Of a stretch of 64,000 nucleotides of DNA, positions 24,296-38,000 are shown one piece after another. The stretch is from Cetorhinus maximus (taxonomy: Eukaryota), in contig NC_135884.1 in NCBI RefSeq assembly GCF_964194155.1, forward strand, positions 55,428,001 to 55,492,000. Reading direction: 5' to 3'. The notes below the pieces were generated by a model. That model worked only from the letters and a program-made list of their open reading frames with translations, made no database searches and had not been told where the DNA came from. The translations under genes and the position numbers were made by a program. The number at the start of each line of letters is the position of its first letter. The stretch's first letter is position 1.

Positions 24296-25974
24296 GACTC
24301 CAGCAGTGCTCTCTGATCTTGCTTGTCAACCAGCCAACCCAAACTGCTCATGTCAATTCCATGTTGATGCTGCCTGCGGCCAGGATTTTGATGTCCAAAT
24401 CTGCTTCAGGACATCCTCCATGACAATGTGCAGTCTCCACGAATGGAAGTCAGCAGCCATCCAGCAGTAATGCTGCAGTCACTGGGGGAGCACTGCATTG
24501 GAGCACTAGGACAGGCAAAGGCACTCGGAAGACAGACATTCAGGGAATATACAAGGGTGATTAGTTGACTTTTGTAAATGGGATGATCTAATTTACAAAG
24601 TTGGTTTGAAATGTTTTTTTTGTGTCACTTTTGTTTTTGTATTGCGGCCAAGCAAACTGTGCGATGTCCAGTATCAGAGCAAAGGTAAAGTGTGGGACTA
24701 TTGGAGTTGCAGTGTTGGTATTGAGTTCTTCACAGACTGGCTGGCCAGTAAGTAGTTGTAAAGGTTACCTCCTCTCTACCCTTTCCTCCTCCTCATGCTC
24801 CTGTGCTACTCGCTGTATAGCTACTAACAAGAGCTATCCTTCATGATGGTGAGGCTGTGCAGCATGCACCAGATGACCACAAATCTTGACACCTGCTCTG
24901 CCAAGAACTGCAGGGCTTCTCCAGAGTCACCAGGCAACGGAAACATTGTTTCAGCACGCTAATGGTCTGTTATCTCGCAATGCATGTGGCAGCTTGGCTT
25001 TCATTGTGTGCATGCTGCGCACATACATGTGTGAGTTGCACACCAGAGTCAGCTGTGCCATCAGTGGATAGCCCTTGTTGTTCAGTAGCCAGTCTTTGGT
25101 TTGCTGTGGGGCTCAAGTGCAGGTGTCACACAGGACTGCCATAAAATGAAGTCCTCAAGACAGCGGTCAGGGTACAGAGCATTACCCTGCATGATTTTCT
25201 GGTAAGGTCACGCGCCAGCTGGATTGGAGTAGTGGAGTAGGACCCTTTTCAATTCTGGTACAGAGCAGAGTTAAAATGAAGTAACTGCAAAGCAATACAC
25301 TTGCAGTGAATGACACCCAGCTCTATGGTGAAGTTTGCTCTGCCAGTTGTTCCCTGACAAGAGAAAATAACATGTAATCAGCTCTTAGTGAATGATAAGC
25401 CTCAGTGACCTCCCTTATACAACCATTATCAGCAAACTGGGAGAGAACCAGGCATGCAAATGTTCATCACCTTGGTTACTTTAACATCTACTGACAATGC
25501 AGTCCTTTCCCTACTGTGAGAATGCAGTTGTGGCTGCAGCTGGTGATTATTTTCAATCATAACATCCTTGCTGAAGCCTAGAGGCAAACACATCATTCCT
25601 TACTGAGGTTCAGCCAGGCGAATTGCACCCTGAACACTTTCGTTGGATATGGCCTTCTGCTGAGAGCCTTTCTCCCCCTCCTACTTCCCATCTTCCCTCT
25701 TCCAGCAGCGTGCCCTCTACTTATTCTCCAAGTAATCCTGTAAAAACAAGATGAACGCCTACTTGTTCACCCATCTCTGGGGGCAACTTGTTTGTGCAGA
25801 ATTTTTAAAGTTAGCAAAAAATCCTTCAGCACCTGCCACATCACTTTCTGTAGATTTGCACAACTTTAATCAATATAGAAAGCATCAATCAATTGCGGAA
25901 TTGAAGCAGCAGCCAGAAGAAATCAACCAGCAACTAACCTGCAAGCAGTTAATGATTCTTTAGTTTTTAAAAAA

Positions 25975-27897
25975 ACTCATTTATGGGATGTGGGTGTCAC
26001 TGGTGTCATGATAATGAAGGAAAAACACTGAATTTCAACAAAAAGACTTTAAAAATAAGACCTGAGTTTTTAAAATGTACACAAGCCACTGGCTGGAGTG
26101 CTGCAGTGTGACTCCCTAAGAAGCAATGGAACCCCACCCTGCTGCCAGACAAGGTACTTCAAAAGACATCCAGGAACTAATTGCTCTCTCCAGTAGTGAC
26201 AATGGGACATAATGGGAGATGAGCATCATCTCATCAAGATATCCTGTGAGCAATGCCCAAACAGATTTGTGAATTTGCTTCCCACTTGAAATATACAAAG
26301 AAGGGATTAAAAGTGAGCTGAAAACCTGTCCCGGTGTCTGTATGTTGGTGGGTGTTCTGAGAGAGAGCAAGTGCTGGAAGTTTGACTCAGAAGTAACAGT
26401 CACACAGAGTACCCCTGCAAATTGCCATTTTGCAGGTATCCCAATCTCTCTCCCTCTCTATCAAATTCGACCCTGGAGCCTCAAAACCGACTATTCATCT
26501 GCCACAGTCAATTGTACTGGAATCTTGAATCGCAACGCTCAATCACCTACCACCTACAAGTCAAAGACTGTTCCATAAACATATAATATATATATATTCA
26601 CTTCAAGCTAATTTCTTACTTTAACCTATATGAGCATATATGCATATGTTTTATCCTTTCTTGCCTTTAGTAGTTAATAAACTGACTCTTACCTTTAACT
26701 CAAGAAAGTCAGATCAAATTGGCTCCTTCAAAATTAGAACAATTGGGTCTGGGAAAAAGGTATCCGCAAAAGGGATCCTCTTTAGACTAAATCTTGTTGT
26801 GACCAACAGAAGGGGAGGGTGGGGAGCACTGAATAAAGACAGGGAACCAGTTCATCCCTCCTCACCTGGTGTATAACAATTTGGGGATATCCCAGCCAGA
26901 CAGTGACAAATTGAGGGGTCTTGCCTGGATCAGCAACTTTGGGGAACCTCACCTGGGGGTGAGTCATAACACTGGTTAGGCCAGCATTTATTGCCCATCC
27001 CTAACTGCCCTTGAGAAGGTAGTGGCAAGCTGCCTTCTTGAACCGCTGCAGTCCATGTGGTGTAGGTACACCCACAGTGCTGTTAGGAAGGGATATCCAG
27101 GATTTTGACCCAGCGACGGTGAAGGAACGGCAATACATTTCCAAATCAGGATGGTGAGTGGATTGTAGGGCAACTTCCAGGTGGTGGTGTTCCCACCTAC
27201 CTGCTGGCCTTGCCCTTCTAGATGGTAGCAGTTGTGGATTTGGAAGGTGCTGCCTAAGGAACCTTGATGAGTTTCTGCAGTGCATCTTGTAGATGGTACA
27301 CACTGCTGCCACTGCTTGTCAGTGGCAGAGGAATGAATGTTTGTGGATGTGGTGCCAATCAAGTGGGCCGCTTTGTCTTGGATTGTGTCAAGCTTCCTGA
27401 GTGTTGTTGGAGCTGTACTCATCCAGGCAAGTGGTGAATATTCCATCACACTCCTGACTTGTGCCTTGTAGATGGTGGACAAGCTTTGGGGAGTCAGGAG
27501 GTGAGTTACTCGCCGCAGGATTCTTATCCTCTCACCTGCTCTTATAGCCACAGTATTTATATGGTTAGTCCATTTCAGTTTCTGGTTAATGGTAACCTCC
27601 AGGATGTTGATAGCGGGGGATTCAGCGATGGTAATGCCACTGAATGTCAAGGGTCGATGGTTAGGTCCTCTCTTGTTGGAGATGGTCTTTGCCTAGCACT
27701 TGTGTGGCACAAATGTTACTTGCCACTTGTCAGCCCAAGCCTGGATATTGTCCAGGTCTTGCTGCATTTGAACAAGGACTGCTTCAGTATCTGAGTCGTC
27801 GCAAATGGTGCTGAACATTGTGCAATTATCAGTGAACATCCCCACTTCTGACCTTATGATGGAAGGAAGGTCATTGATGAAGCAGCTGAAGATGGGG
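25975..27897 (-). mobile_element. 3' part of a CR1/L2-group LINE ('SPLAWMS' family), tail split by a solo LTR
   Basis: ORF 26988-27650 has YKAQVRSVMEYSPLAWMSTAPTTLRKLDTIQDKAAHLIG. RT motif FSCFINDLPS...MFTDN is at 27693-27917. The tail continues at 25975-26003. Confidence 0.85.
26004..26971 (+). mobile_element. Solo LTR with 4-bp TSD
   Basis: TGTCATG...CATAACA termini, CTGG on both sides (26000-26003, 26972-26975) and an internal AATAAA. Confidence 0.85.
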
Positions 27898-28717
27898 GTC
27901 TTTCTGTTGCTGAACACATGTTCAGCTCTGCGAGGTTAAGAGAGGGGGTTAACTGGAGTGTTGAGTGACAAAATGGTAGTACTGACATCAAGTCAATGCT
28001 GCATACTGACTGATGTTTTGACCAGCCTGCTCTGCGTACTGCCACCGGACCTTCACTACACTCACAAATATAATGTCTGGCGGAGCTCGCCCCATAAGTG
28101 TGTTTACATGCCTTGTATGTCATTTTGGTCCCACATGGCAGCCCATAGCACCTGAATAATGAGTGCTACCTATCCCAATTTCAGCCTAATATATTTTCAT
28201 GTGTTTTCCAGGCACATCATTCTTATGATCTTATATGTTACTCTAAACATTGTTTCCATACCAAAACTCAAAGTCCACTGAGTTTTGAGAAGATAAATAA
28301 TTATTTGATCTATATGAACAAATCACCTATTTTGCTGCCAATGGTAAATTAATAGCCGATTGACTCAAATGAAAATTTCAGCCAAAAATATTTTCAACAA
28401 CCTAACTTCGATAAACATTGAATGCTTATACCATATCATTAACAATGTATTATTCTGTATTATGGCACAGCTGTACCCTTTACGCAAATCAAGCCTCAGA
28501 CCAAGCAGAGTTCTATTATTACGTAGGGATACTGCGCAGGGTGACCTTAAACTTCAAAATGCTTTTCAAGCTGCCAGGCACAACCTAGGATGAAAAGTCT
28601 CCCTGGGTAATAATATTTTTAAAAAAAGAACCTTACAGTTTTTTAAAAATCATAATTCCCCAAATATGACTCCTATGTTAACAAATTATTGTGCATTGGC
28701 ATGGACTGCATCTCTGG

Positions 28718-29887
28718 CAGTGATGGGCAACCTAGGCTGGTGAGTGGCCCTCCTTCATTGCAGTGGGCCACAAGATTGTAATCGGGCATATGCACTAACC
28801 ATGGCCTCATGAATAAGATTAAATACATTTAATACACTCCAAATATTTCATGATGAGGTACAGAAAATGTTTAATCATTCATATATTAATAGAACTGCCA
28901 TCAACTTCAAATGGTAAAAACAAAAGAAATATTTACGCTTGCCTTACCCACGTTATACTCAATGCAACTTCTGGTTGGACCTGTCCTCCACAAGCTTTCT
29001 TAGATTTAACTGAGGTTTCACAATTCAACATTGAGGTTTCTGTCCATTAGTCTGTTTCGCTTCTTGCGTTTGATGTGTCCCATAGCAGAAAAAGTCTGTT
29101 CGCACGTGTATGTTGATCTAAAGATTGACATCAGCTTTGCAATGCAATGCCGGAGAACTGGACCAGGGAAATTCAACCAAAGTTCTCGTATACCTTTCCT
29201 CTTTAGCTAGTTAACTTAGCCTTCATCCAGGGCACGAACATGAATTAATTCCTCATCAAAATTCCTTTTATCAACCTCAAGCCTTTGACATACTGTGCCA
29301 CATTTGCTCAGATCAAATTCAAATGGATTTGAAAGCAATGAGAGGTAGAGCTTCAGATCACTCAGAAAAGTGGTTCTCAAAATGCTCCACCAGTGTAGAC
29401 AGCACTTGTATGTGAACTGATGGATCATATTCATCTCCTTGATCAGAGTGTTTCTCCAGCATTTTTTTCAAACTTGGGAAGTGGGTGTAGTCACATGAAG
29501 GCAACTGAGTACATTAACTGCAGGTGTAGTATGAATTTTCTGACACTAGCAACTAGTAAAGACAAGAAGTGATCTTTTCCCTGCAACAGCTCATCCAACG
29601 CGTTCAGGTGACCAGTGATGTCGGTGAGAAAAGCCACATCCAAAATCCAGTTTTCATCTTCTAACTCTGGGCAACCGCCAAAAGTAATATCATTTAGAGC
29701 AACCTCCCAAGTCCACTGGTGTCGTAACCACGACAGTCTCCTGGGATAGGGTAATTTTGCTACTGCGCTTGTGTACCCACAATTTGAGGGGCATGATGAT
29801 TGAGCCGTAGCAGCATGACCCTGCGCATGGGAAATGGTCAACAAATGTCTGAACCCTGATGAGCTGCGTGCAGGTTGCCCACCACTG
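28718..29887 (-). mobile_element. Internally deleted hAT transposon (Buster/Charlie, GTF2IRD2-like transposase fragments)
   Basis: 16-bp TIRs CAGTGATGGGCAACCT / AGGTTGCCCACCACTG (15/16 match). Minus strand has PELEDENWILDVAFLTDITGHLNALDELLQGKD and the dimerisation-domain motif STYTCEQTFSAMGHIKRKKRNRL. Confidence 0.85.
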
Positions 29888-30849
29888 ATCTATAAGGCCA
29901 AAACAACAGCCTTTTAAAAATAATTTTGGCAAAATAAATGTGCATTTAAACAAATAAGCTATATGAAATGTACCTAGAATAAATGTGGCTACCGTTATGT
30001 GTAACACAGCAAGTGTGACATGAAGGGCAGTAAATTTTGCACACATTATACTCTTATTTTATTACTCTTAGGAGTCCCTTGGTATTGTTTCTGGTGAATT
30101 GAAGCATATGCTAACATGTAACAGTAAGTGTGAAATTTACATGATGTGTGCACTATATTAACTTCTAAAATATTAACAGCAGAACAACAGTGTTGCTCAT
30201 AGTGAGTAGAGGACATGCTTTATTAACATAATAAGGCTGTTATTCACAAATAACATATGATTCTGCTAAGAGAGCCTGCTGTGAGGTGTGTGATGTTAAC
30301 CACAGGAAGTGTTTCTTTATGCAAAACCACCAATGCATTATTTTAACAGATCTCCTTCGGAATGGTTCAAGGTGACTTAAGCATTCCACTAGTCTCCCTC
30401 TCCCTCTCTGGACTTCTTGGTTTCCCTGGAAGTCTCTTCCTTTTTCCACCTCCTTTAAAAATCTTTCTTTTGCTCTCTCTCATCTCCAAAAGTCCTCTTT
30501 CACTCTCTCATTCTCTTTGCTCCTCATAGTCACTCTCTATCCCCACTGATCCCACTGTCTCCACCCCATACCCTTTCTCTTCCAATCTCCCCTGCACAAC
30601 TTCTATCCACATATAGCCCCCCCACTGTCTCCCAATTTTATTCTTCCCACTTTATTTTCCCAGATATATTCCTTGGTACCTACATAAATATTAGGATAAC
30701 CAAAGGAAAAACTGAAATGGCCAGGAAAGGATGGGGGTATTTGTGGTGGGTGGGTTTATGGGATGGAGGTTATTAGGGTTGGGTGGGGTATTCAGGCAGC
30801 AGTGGTCATCTTTCACTCTTGTGTTTATATGTTCACTTCTTTGAGGTTT

Positions 30850-31085
30850 ATTTGGGGTATTAGGGTTATTAAGGTTAGGATTATTAGGAATATTAGGATT
30901 AGGGTTATTAGGTTTAGTGTTATTAGGGGTATTAGGGTTATGTTATTAGGGTTAGTGTTATTCGGGTATTAGGGTCAGAGTTAGGGTTATTAGGGTTAGC
31001 ATTAGGGTTCTCCATTGGGGTGGGTGTTTGGGGTGGTGTTATTCAGGGGAAATAATTTAGGGGGATATTTAGGGTTAGGGGGATT
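30850..31085 (+). repeat. Degenerate TTAGGG-containing tandem repeat within a G/T-rich tract (~30720-31350)
   Basis: Repeated TATTAGGGT / TTAGGGTT units, e.g. ATTAGGGTCAGAGTTAGGGTTATTAGGGTTAGCATTAGGGTT. Confidence 0.7.
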
Positions 31086-32899
31086 TGCAGTTGGGGGGGA
31101 TTATGAGAGGTTTTTTTTCAAAGGGACAGATTTGGGTAATTAGGGTAGGTAGTATTAGAGTGTGGGGTTATTGCAGTGGGAATTGTATATGAGGCAGTGG
31201 GGTGTTTGGGGATGGGGACTGAAGTTAAGGTATAGCTTTTAGTGTTTGGTTTCTGCTGTTAGGTATAGATAACGAGTAAATTGGGGTAGGGTTTGTGATA
31301 GGGTTCTTGTTTGGGGGTTACATTTGGGGTTAGATAAGCTAGGTAAATTAGTTCTTTCAGGTTGCGTGTTAGGTGTCGAGAGATAGACTGAGATAGACAT
31401 GGAGTCATTTAAAAGGAGGCCTGATGAATTGGATTTGGACTTGGACTCAAAAGAATAATGAATAAACCACGTGTAGCGTCTTGCTTAAAAATCGAAAGTT
31501 ACCTGAAGTTCTTACTCCAAATAGCTTTCTTAGGTTCAGCATCACAGATCATTTCTACAGGCAAGCCCCCATCATCCATGACCCAACATGTGCTGCTTTC
31601 AGTCATTAACATTGAAGTTCTAAGCCATTTGCATGGAGTTCAGTGTTCAACCGGCACCACTTCATCACTCTCTTTTAAAGACAATATTTTATACTCCATT
31701 AAGGCATGTGTACCACTGTATAACAAGTTAACTGCTCATTGCTGGAAAGAAGATAAACTAGTTTCTTTTGATATGATTGAACTGCCTCTTAATTCCTCTC
31801 TAAAACCTTATCCACTAGCCATTATAAATGGCTGAACTGATCTATTAAACTGTAATAGTCCTATTACAGAGTTCTCAAAACTAAATCATTATTGAATTTA
31901 CGTAGATTTGTCTTGGCAAAAGGAAAAATTCCTCTGTTTATGCTGATTTTTCTGCACAGCTATTTATTTGCTAATATTTTCCCTTAGATGCTGCACAAAT
32001 ACACTTGATTTTTACACAGCGATCATAAATTTCTGCAAAAGCTACTACAATGTAAAAATTGGTTTGAAAAAAAACTGTAAGAGTAATCCAATTAGACAGA
32101 AATGAAAATGTTTGTTTCTTTGTGAACTATGCTCTGGAACAATGCGGTGAATTTTAACAAGAGCATGCAGTTTTAGGAGAGTGTGGAGTGTTAAAAAGTT
32201 TGGAAATTGGCAGTGTTGGAGGAAGCTGGCTCCAACCCCAGTGACTTCTATGTCATATGCCTTCAAGGGATAGCAGTATGCCATCACTATAAGGGAATTA
32301 TATCATGTGATCCAGTATCAGTTTCACTTTGGCCTGTGAGCAGAACACAGCTCACACAGCTCAACTGCTGATATCTTCAAGCTTTCTACCTTTGTATAAA
32401 TGTTACCATGTGCCTAGTTTAAATAAATGAGCCTACAACATGATTACCCAATCTCTTATGAGTGATTAGTGCCTTTCTATCATTATAAAAACACAACTTC
32501 CACATTTAACTGTAGCACATTAGGCTGCGTGTTAGCAACTCCCCTCAGGTGAGGTAGGTTGTTAATTTCAATATGATAATCTCATACAGTGATATTAATA
32601 TGGCTTTTGGATAACTGTAGGTGCACAGATTTCTTTGGTTTCCTGGAACTTACCAATGAAAGTGAGGCAACAACACAGTAGCAATTGAGGGGCTGAAGAT
32701 ACGACAGGGAAACATACTAATAAGTGCTGAAACTTCACAGCTGATTTTTTTCACCCAATTCTTTATTCACCATTTGCGCTGAGAAGTTACTTTACACACT
32801 TTGGAGACAACTTTCACAATCGTGAATGTTGCTTTCACAACTTGGGAGCATTATATGTCTGGTTTTCGCTTGGGGGCTGTGATATATCAGATCACCATT

Positions 32900-33900
32900 G
32901 ATGTCGCTCATGCTGTTTTACTTTGGATCTCAGATGAGGATCAAGATGACCAGTAGCATTACCAGCCTCAACAGCAGCAAGAGTAGCAGGAAGAGCAGCA
33001 CTAACCAGCTCCTCACAGGCCTGCCACTTCATAGGGGGCAGGGGATGAACAGAGAGGTACAGGTTGCAGGAGGCCATGTACGCAATGTGCCAGCATCCTG
33101 GGCATGTTGGAAAACCAGTGTTTCAGGAGGCTCAGGGTATATTGTCAGGTGGTGGCAGACATTTGCAGTCGGCCAGAACAAGACCTGCTGCTAATGAGAC
33201 TCAGTGGCTTCACTGTCAAAGTCACCACTGCCCTCAACACCTTTGCCTCTGGTTCCTTCTGGGGCTTTGCTGAAGACATTTGCAGGATCTCATAGTTAGT
33301 GGTACATAAATGCATAAGTGGCTGATAGTTTGTTTGCCAGAGTTGACAATTATGCCAACTTTGTCACAAATAATGCCAGTCAGAGTGAGCGGGTGCTCGG
33401 GTTTTTGGCTCTGGCTGGCTTCCCACATGTGCAGGGCATTATCGTTTGCACTCATGTAGCAATTAAGACATCCAGAGATTACCCAGGGATGTTTGTTAAC
33501 CACAGGGGCTTCCACTTCATCAATGTGCAGCCACAAAAATATGTTAATGCAGGTACACACGAGATTCCCAGCAGTTGTCATGATACTTTCATTCTGTAGA
33601 AATCCATCCTCCCTGATCTCTTTGCGCCTCAAAGTAGTCAAGGAATACCCACTTAAAACATGGCGAATGACACCCATGATGAGCCAAACTGTTGAGGCCC
33701 AGGAATGATGAAAGCCAACTGACAACAGTATGGAAGAGGTGTCATTGAGCTAACCATCGGCATGCTGAAGGTGTGCTTCAGGTGCTTGGATGGATCTGAA
33801 GCTGCCCATCAATACCAACCAGAGTCTCCAGAATAACTGTGGTGTGCCATACCTTGCACACCACTGCACAACAGTCAGGTAGAACATGATATGGCACAAA
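32900..33900 (+). pseudogene. HARBI1-like Harbinger transposase relic
   Basis: VKVTTALNTFASGSFWG...ICRIS, LAGFPHVQGIIVCTHVAIK...FVNHRGFHFINVQ, RFPSSCHDTFIL, YPLKTWRMTP. Confidence 0.85.
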
Positions 33901-35014
33901 TTGTTGTCAAGGATGCACTTGTTATTGTGAGATTCACTTATATTCCACCAGTACGCCCATCTGACAACCAAATGCAAAAACCATGGCACTCCCATTCCAA
34001 AGTGGTCCTGGCAAAAACTAAGCATCCCTTTCATAGTCCTCCTTGCTCAACATAAATTCTTGTCTTAACATTCCTCACAAGTGGAAAGACTGTGTTCCAG
34101 GCAGCAACCAAAAATAGCCAACACAGAAAGTGGTGGAAACATATAAAGTTTATATTGCTCGAAAATTAAATAGAAACCTAACATTTTAACATTGTGTAAC
34201 TCACCCAAATGCACACCATTATGCAACTACAAATCGTTATTCTTTCTCTTCCTAACACTTCCACATAGTGCTACCCCTGTGGCTTCAACATAGGTAGAGG
34301 CAGGCTGCTCAGATCACTGCTCTGACTGCAGAGATGGTTTTTTGCAATGTACTCTGGGTTTTGGAGGCTGTGAGGTCTTGCCAAAAACTGTTCCAATACT
34401 GAACCAGACTCAGCCAACAGGATACAGGCAGCATGCCAAGCACTGAATGAGGAAGGGCAACGTGTGAGAAGTTGAAGCACTTTGAACTGAGACCCTACCT
34501 GCACCTCCCCTTTCTAACAGCATCCTTCTATGGATTACATGCACTTCTTCTGCTAACAATGAGTTGAAGAGCTCTTTGTTGCAGTGTGTTGATGAACAGC
34601 CAAGGCTAGGGGTTCATGAATCCAATTGCAGATGTCATTCTTAGTGTGCAAGCCACAAGTGAGGGCCTGCATGCACCCATTTGATTGCCATGTTTGATGC
34701 TCCACGTACATGGCCACTCTTTCCATGGAGGATGACATTATTTCAAAGGCCTGCGACATCATGTCACTCATTCTTATGGCGCACTCCTTTAATCTCTCTG
34801 CTGGCATGCACAGTGGGATTGTCAGGCAGCCTGCTGGGTGTTTGGGCCTGTGTTACCTGGAGCTGGGTTTGTTAAATATCATATTGACGAGCCGCAGTCA
34901 TAACAGGGTGAGAGTAGAGTATCAGAATGGAGAAACATTTTCCCATTATCTAGAGCCTCTGTGCTGGTGTCTGAGTTTGGTAGGAATAGTGTGCACAGGA
35001 TCGTCTAGCAACCA

Positions 35015-38000
35015 TCTTCTTCAATGGAAGATAAGTTTAAAACAGCAAGAGGAGAGCCGGGAGCACATGGAGAGCGGATCAGCACGAGGAGGGCAGTGGC
35101 AGGAGGAGATAAAAACTGGCAGCAGAGAGCCTCTTCAACCTGTTACTACCTGTAAGGGCTGAAATATGACATCACAGGAAACCAGGTAGGTGATTGGTGG
35201 GTATCTCTTCCCTGTCTCTTTTGATTGGCCAAATAGTTTAAATCAGGAGATGTTATTACAACTGAAGAGTACAGTTAAGAAATTCACTTTTAAAATATTT
35301 AACATCTTAATTACTTAAACAGAGTAGAGATGGCTTGGCAGGTGATGTGTTGCAGCTGTGGTATGTGGGTGCTGGTGGACGCTGGTGTGATCCACGGTGA
35401 CCACATCTGCAGCAAGTGTTGGCTGCTCGAGGAACTTCGGATCAGAGTTGAGAAACTGGGGTCTGAGCTGCGGACACTGTGTCACATTAGGGAGGGGGAG
35501 AGTTACCTGGACACTGTGTTTCAGGAGGCAGTTTAGATTAATTACATCAAATTTGGTCCATGGTCAGGGATAGGAGGGTGTGACTGCAAGTGAGGTAGGT
35601 GTGGGGAACCAGAATTTAGCTTTGGAGGAAACTCAACCAGTGCCCTTGTCCAATAGGTACAAGGTTTTTGCTCCCAGTGTAGATGAGGGCACAGGCTGTA
35701 GGGAGGATGAGCGAACTGACCACAGCACCGTGGTACAGAGCACATGGTACAGGAATAGTGAAAGGAATAGGAAAAGGGAAATGTAGTAGTAATAGGGCAT
35801 GGCATAGTTAAGGGAATAGATACTGTTCTCTGTAGCAAAGACAGAGAGTCCCGAAGGCTGTGTCGCTTAGCGGTGCCAAGGTTAATGACATCTCGTCTGA
35901 GCTGGAGAGGAACTTGGAGTGGGAGGGGAAGGATCCAGTTGTCATGGTCCATGTCAGTACCAACAACATAGGTAGGATTACTAAACAGGTTCTGTTAAGG
36001 GACTATGAGTAGCTTGGGGCTAAATTAAAAAGCAGAGCCACAAAATAATAATCTCCGGGTTACTACCTGAGCCACGTGCAAATTGGCATAGGGTAAATAA
36101 GATTAGAGAGGTAAATGTGTGGCTCAAAGATTGGTGTGGGAGAAATGGATTCCGATTCATGGGGCACTGACACCAGTACTGGTGAAGGAGAGAGCTGTTC
36201 CGTTGAAATGGACTTCATTTGAACCATGCTGGGATCAGTGTCCTGGCGAATCGTACAACTAGGTTTGTAGATAGGACTTTAAACTAATTATTGGGGTGGA
36301 GGGTTCAATTGAAGGAAAGTTTAGAAAATCAAAAATATTCGAGAGCGCTAAAGTGCAGGGTAGTGAAGAGGCGAACGATAATCAAAGTGTGACAGGAAGG
36401 GGCAGAAAATATAAGCAGAAGAGTGCAGCAGAAATTAGAACCAGAATGAGTAATAATGGTTAAAAGTAAAAGCTTAAGGCTCTTTATCTGAATGCAGCCT
36501 TTATAACAAGATAGATGAGTTGACAGGACAAATAGAAATAAATGAATATGACTTGACAGCTATTACAGAGACGTGGTTGCAGGGTGACCAAGACTGGGAA
36601 CTCAATATTCAAGGGTATTCGACATTCTGGAAAAACAAGCAAAAGGAAAAGGAAGTGGAGTGGTTTTGTTAATAAAGGAAGGTATCGGTGTGGTGGTGAG
36701 TTGTGATATAGGTGCAATAGATCGTGACGGGGAATCAGTTTGGGTGGAAATTAGAAATAACAAGGGGAAGAAGTCATGGGTGGGAGTCGTCTATAGGCCC
36801 CCAAAGGGTTGCCTCACTGTAGGACAAAATATAAATCAGGAAATAATGGACGAGTGTAAGAGGGGCACTACAATTGTCTTGAGTGATTTTAATCTGCATA
36901 TTGACTGGACAAATCAGATTAGCAGGGAAGATGAATTTGTAGGGTGCATCAGGGATTGTTTCTTAGAGCAATACACTGCAGAACCTACCCAGGAACAGGC
37001 TATTTTAGATCTACTAATGTGTAATGAGGTAGGATTAATAAGAAATCTCGTAGGTAAGGATCCTCTAGGGGGTAGCGATCACAACATGGTAGAATTTCAA
37101 ATTCAGTATGAGGGCGAGCAACTTGGATCTCAAACCAGTGTCCTCAGCTTAAATAAGGGCAATTACAGAAATATGAAGAAAGAGTTGTCTAAAGCAGGCT
37201 GGGAGAACAGACTAAGGGGAAGGTCAGTGGATGAGCAGTGGCAGACATTTAAGCAGATATTTCAGAATGCTCAGCAAAATTTATCCTGGTCAAGAAGAAG
37301 GACTCGATGAGAAGGATGAACCACCTGTGGTTAACAAAGGCAGTCAAGGAGAGTATCCAATCAGAAACTAAGGCATACAAAGTGGCGAAAACTAGTGGTA
37401 GGCCAGAGGATTGGGAATATTTTTAGGAACCAGCAGTGGATGACTAAAAAGCTAATAAAGAGGGAGAAAATTGATTATGAAAGTAAATTGGCAAGAAATA
37501 TAAAAACAAACAGCAAGAGCTACTATCGATATATAAAAAGAGAGTGGCTAAAGTGAGCGTGGGACCCTTGGAGGATGCAACTGGAGAATTGATAACCGGG
37601 AACAGGGAAATGGCAGATAATTTAAACCAATATTTTGCATCAGTTTTCACAGTGGAGGACACGATAAACATTCTAAAGATATCAGATAAGCAAGGAGCTA
37701 ATGGGGAGGAAAGATCTTGTAACAGTCTCTATCACGAGGGACAAAGTATTTGAGAAACTAATGTGACTAAAGGCAGACAAGTCGCCTGGACCTGATGGCC
37801 AACATCTACAGGTTTCAAAGGAAGTGACTACAGAGATAGTGGAGGCATTGTTCAAAATATTCCAGAACTCACTGGATTCCGGGAGGGTCCCAGCAGATTG
37901 AAAAACCACTAACGTGATGCCCCTGTTCAAGAAGGGAGGGAGACAAAAAGCAGGAAACTATAGGCCAGACACCCTCACACCTGTCGTTGGGAAAATACTA

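Larger units (their letters stand above)
20300..25950. mobile_element. Decayed autonomous-type PIF/Harbinger element (Myb/SANT accessory gene relic +, transposase relic -) carrying later insertions
   Basis: Plus strand has *CCNLFNDLAWVIKVS (Myb helix, ~20545-20595) and spliced-looking acidic exons (20870, 21221). Minus strand has DWLLNNKGYPL (~25065-25095), a HARBI1 motif. Confidence 0.6.

Noticed and set aside
32900-33900. Possible domesticated host HARBI1 gene
   Set aside because: Multiple stops and frameshifts, several similar decayed copies in the window and an adjacent Myb relic indicate a transposon fossil.
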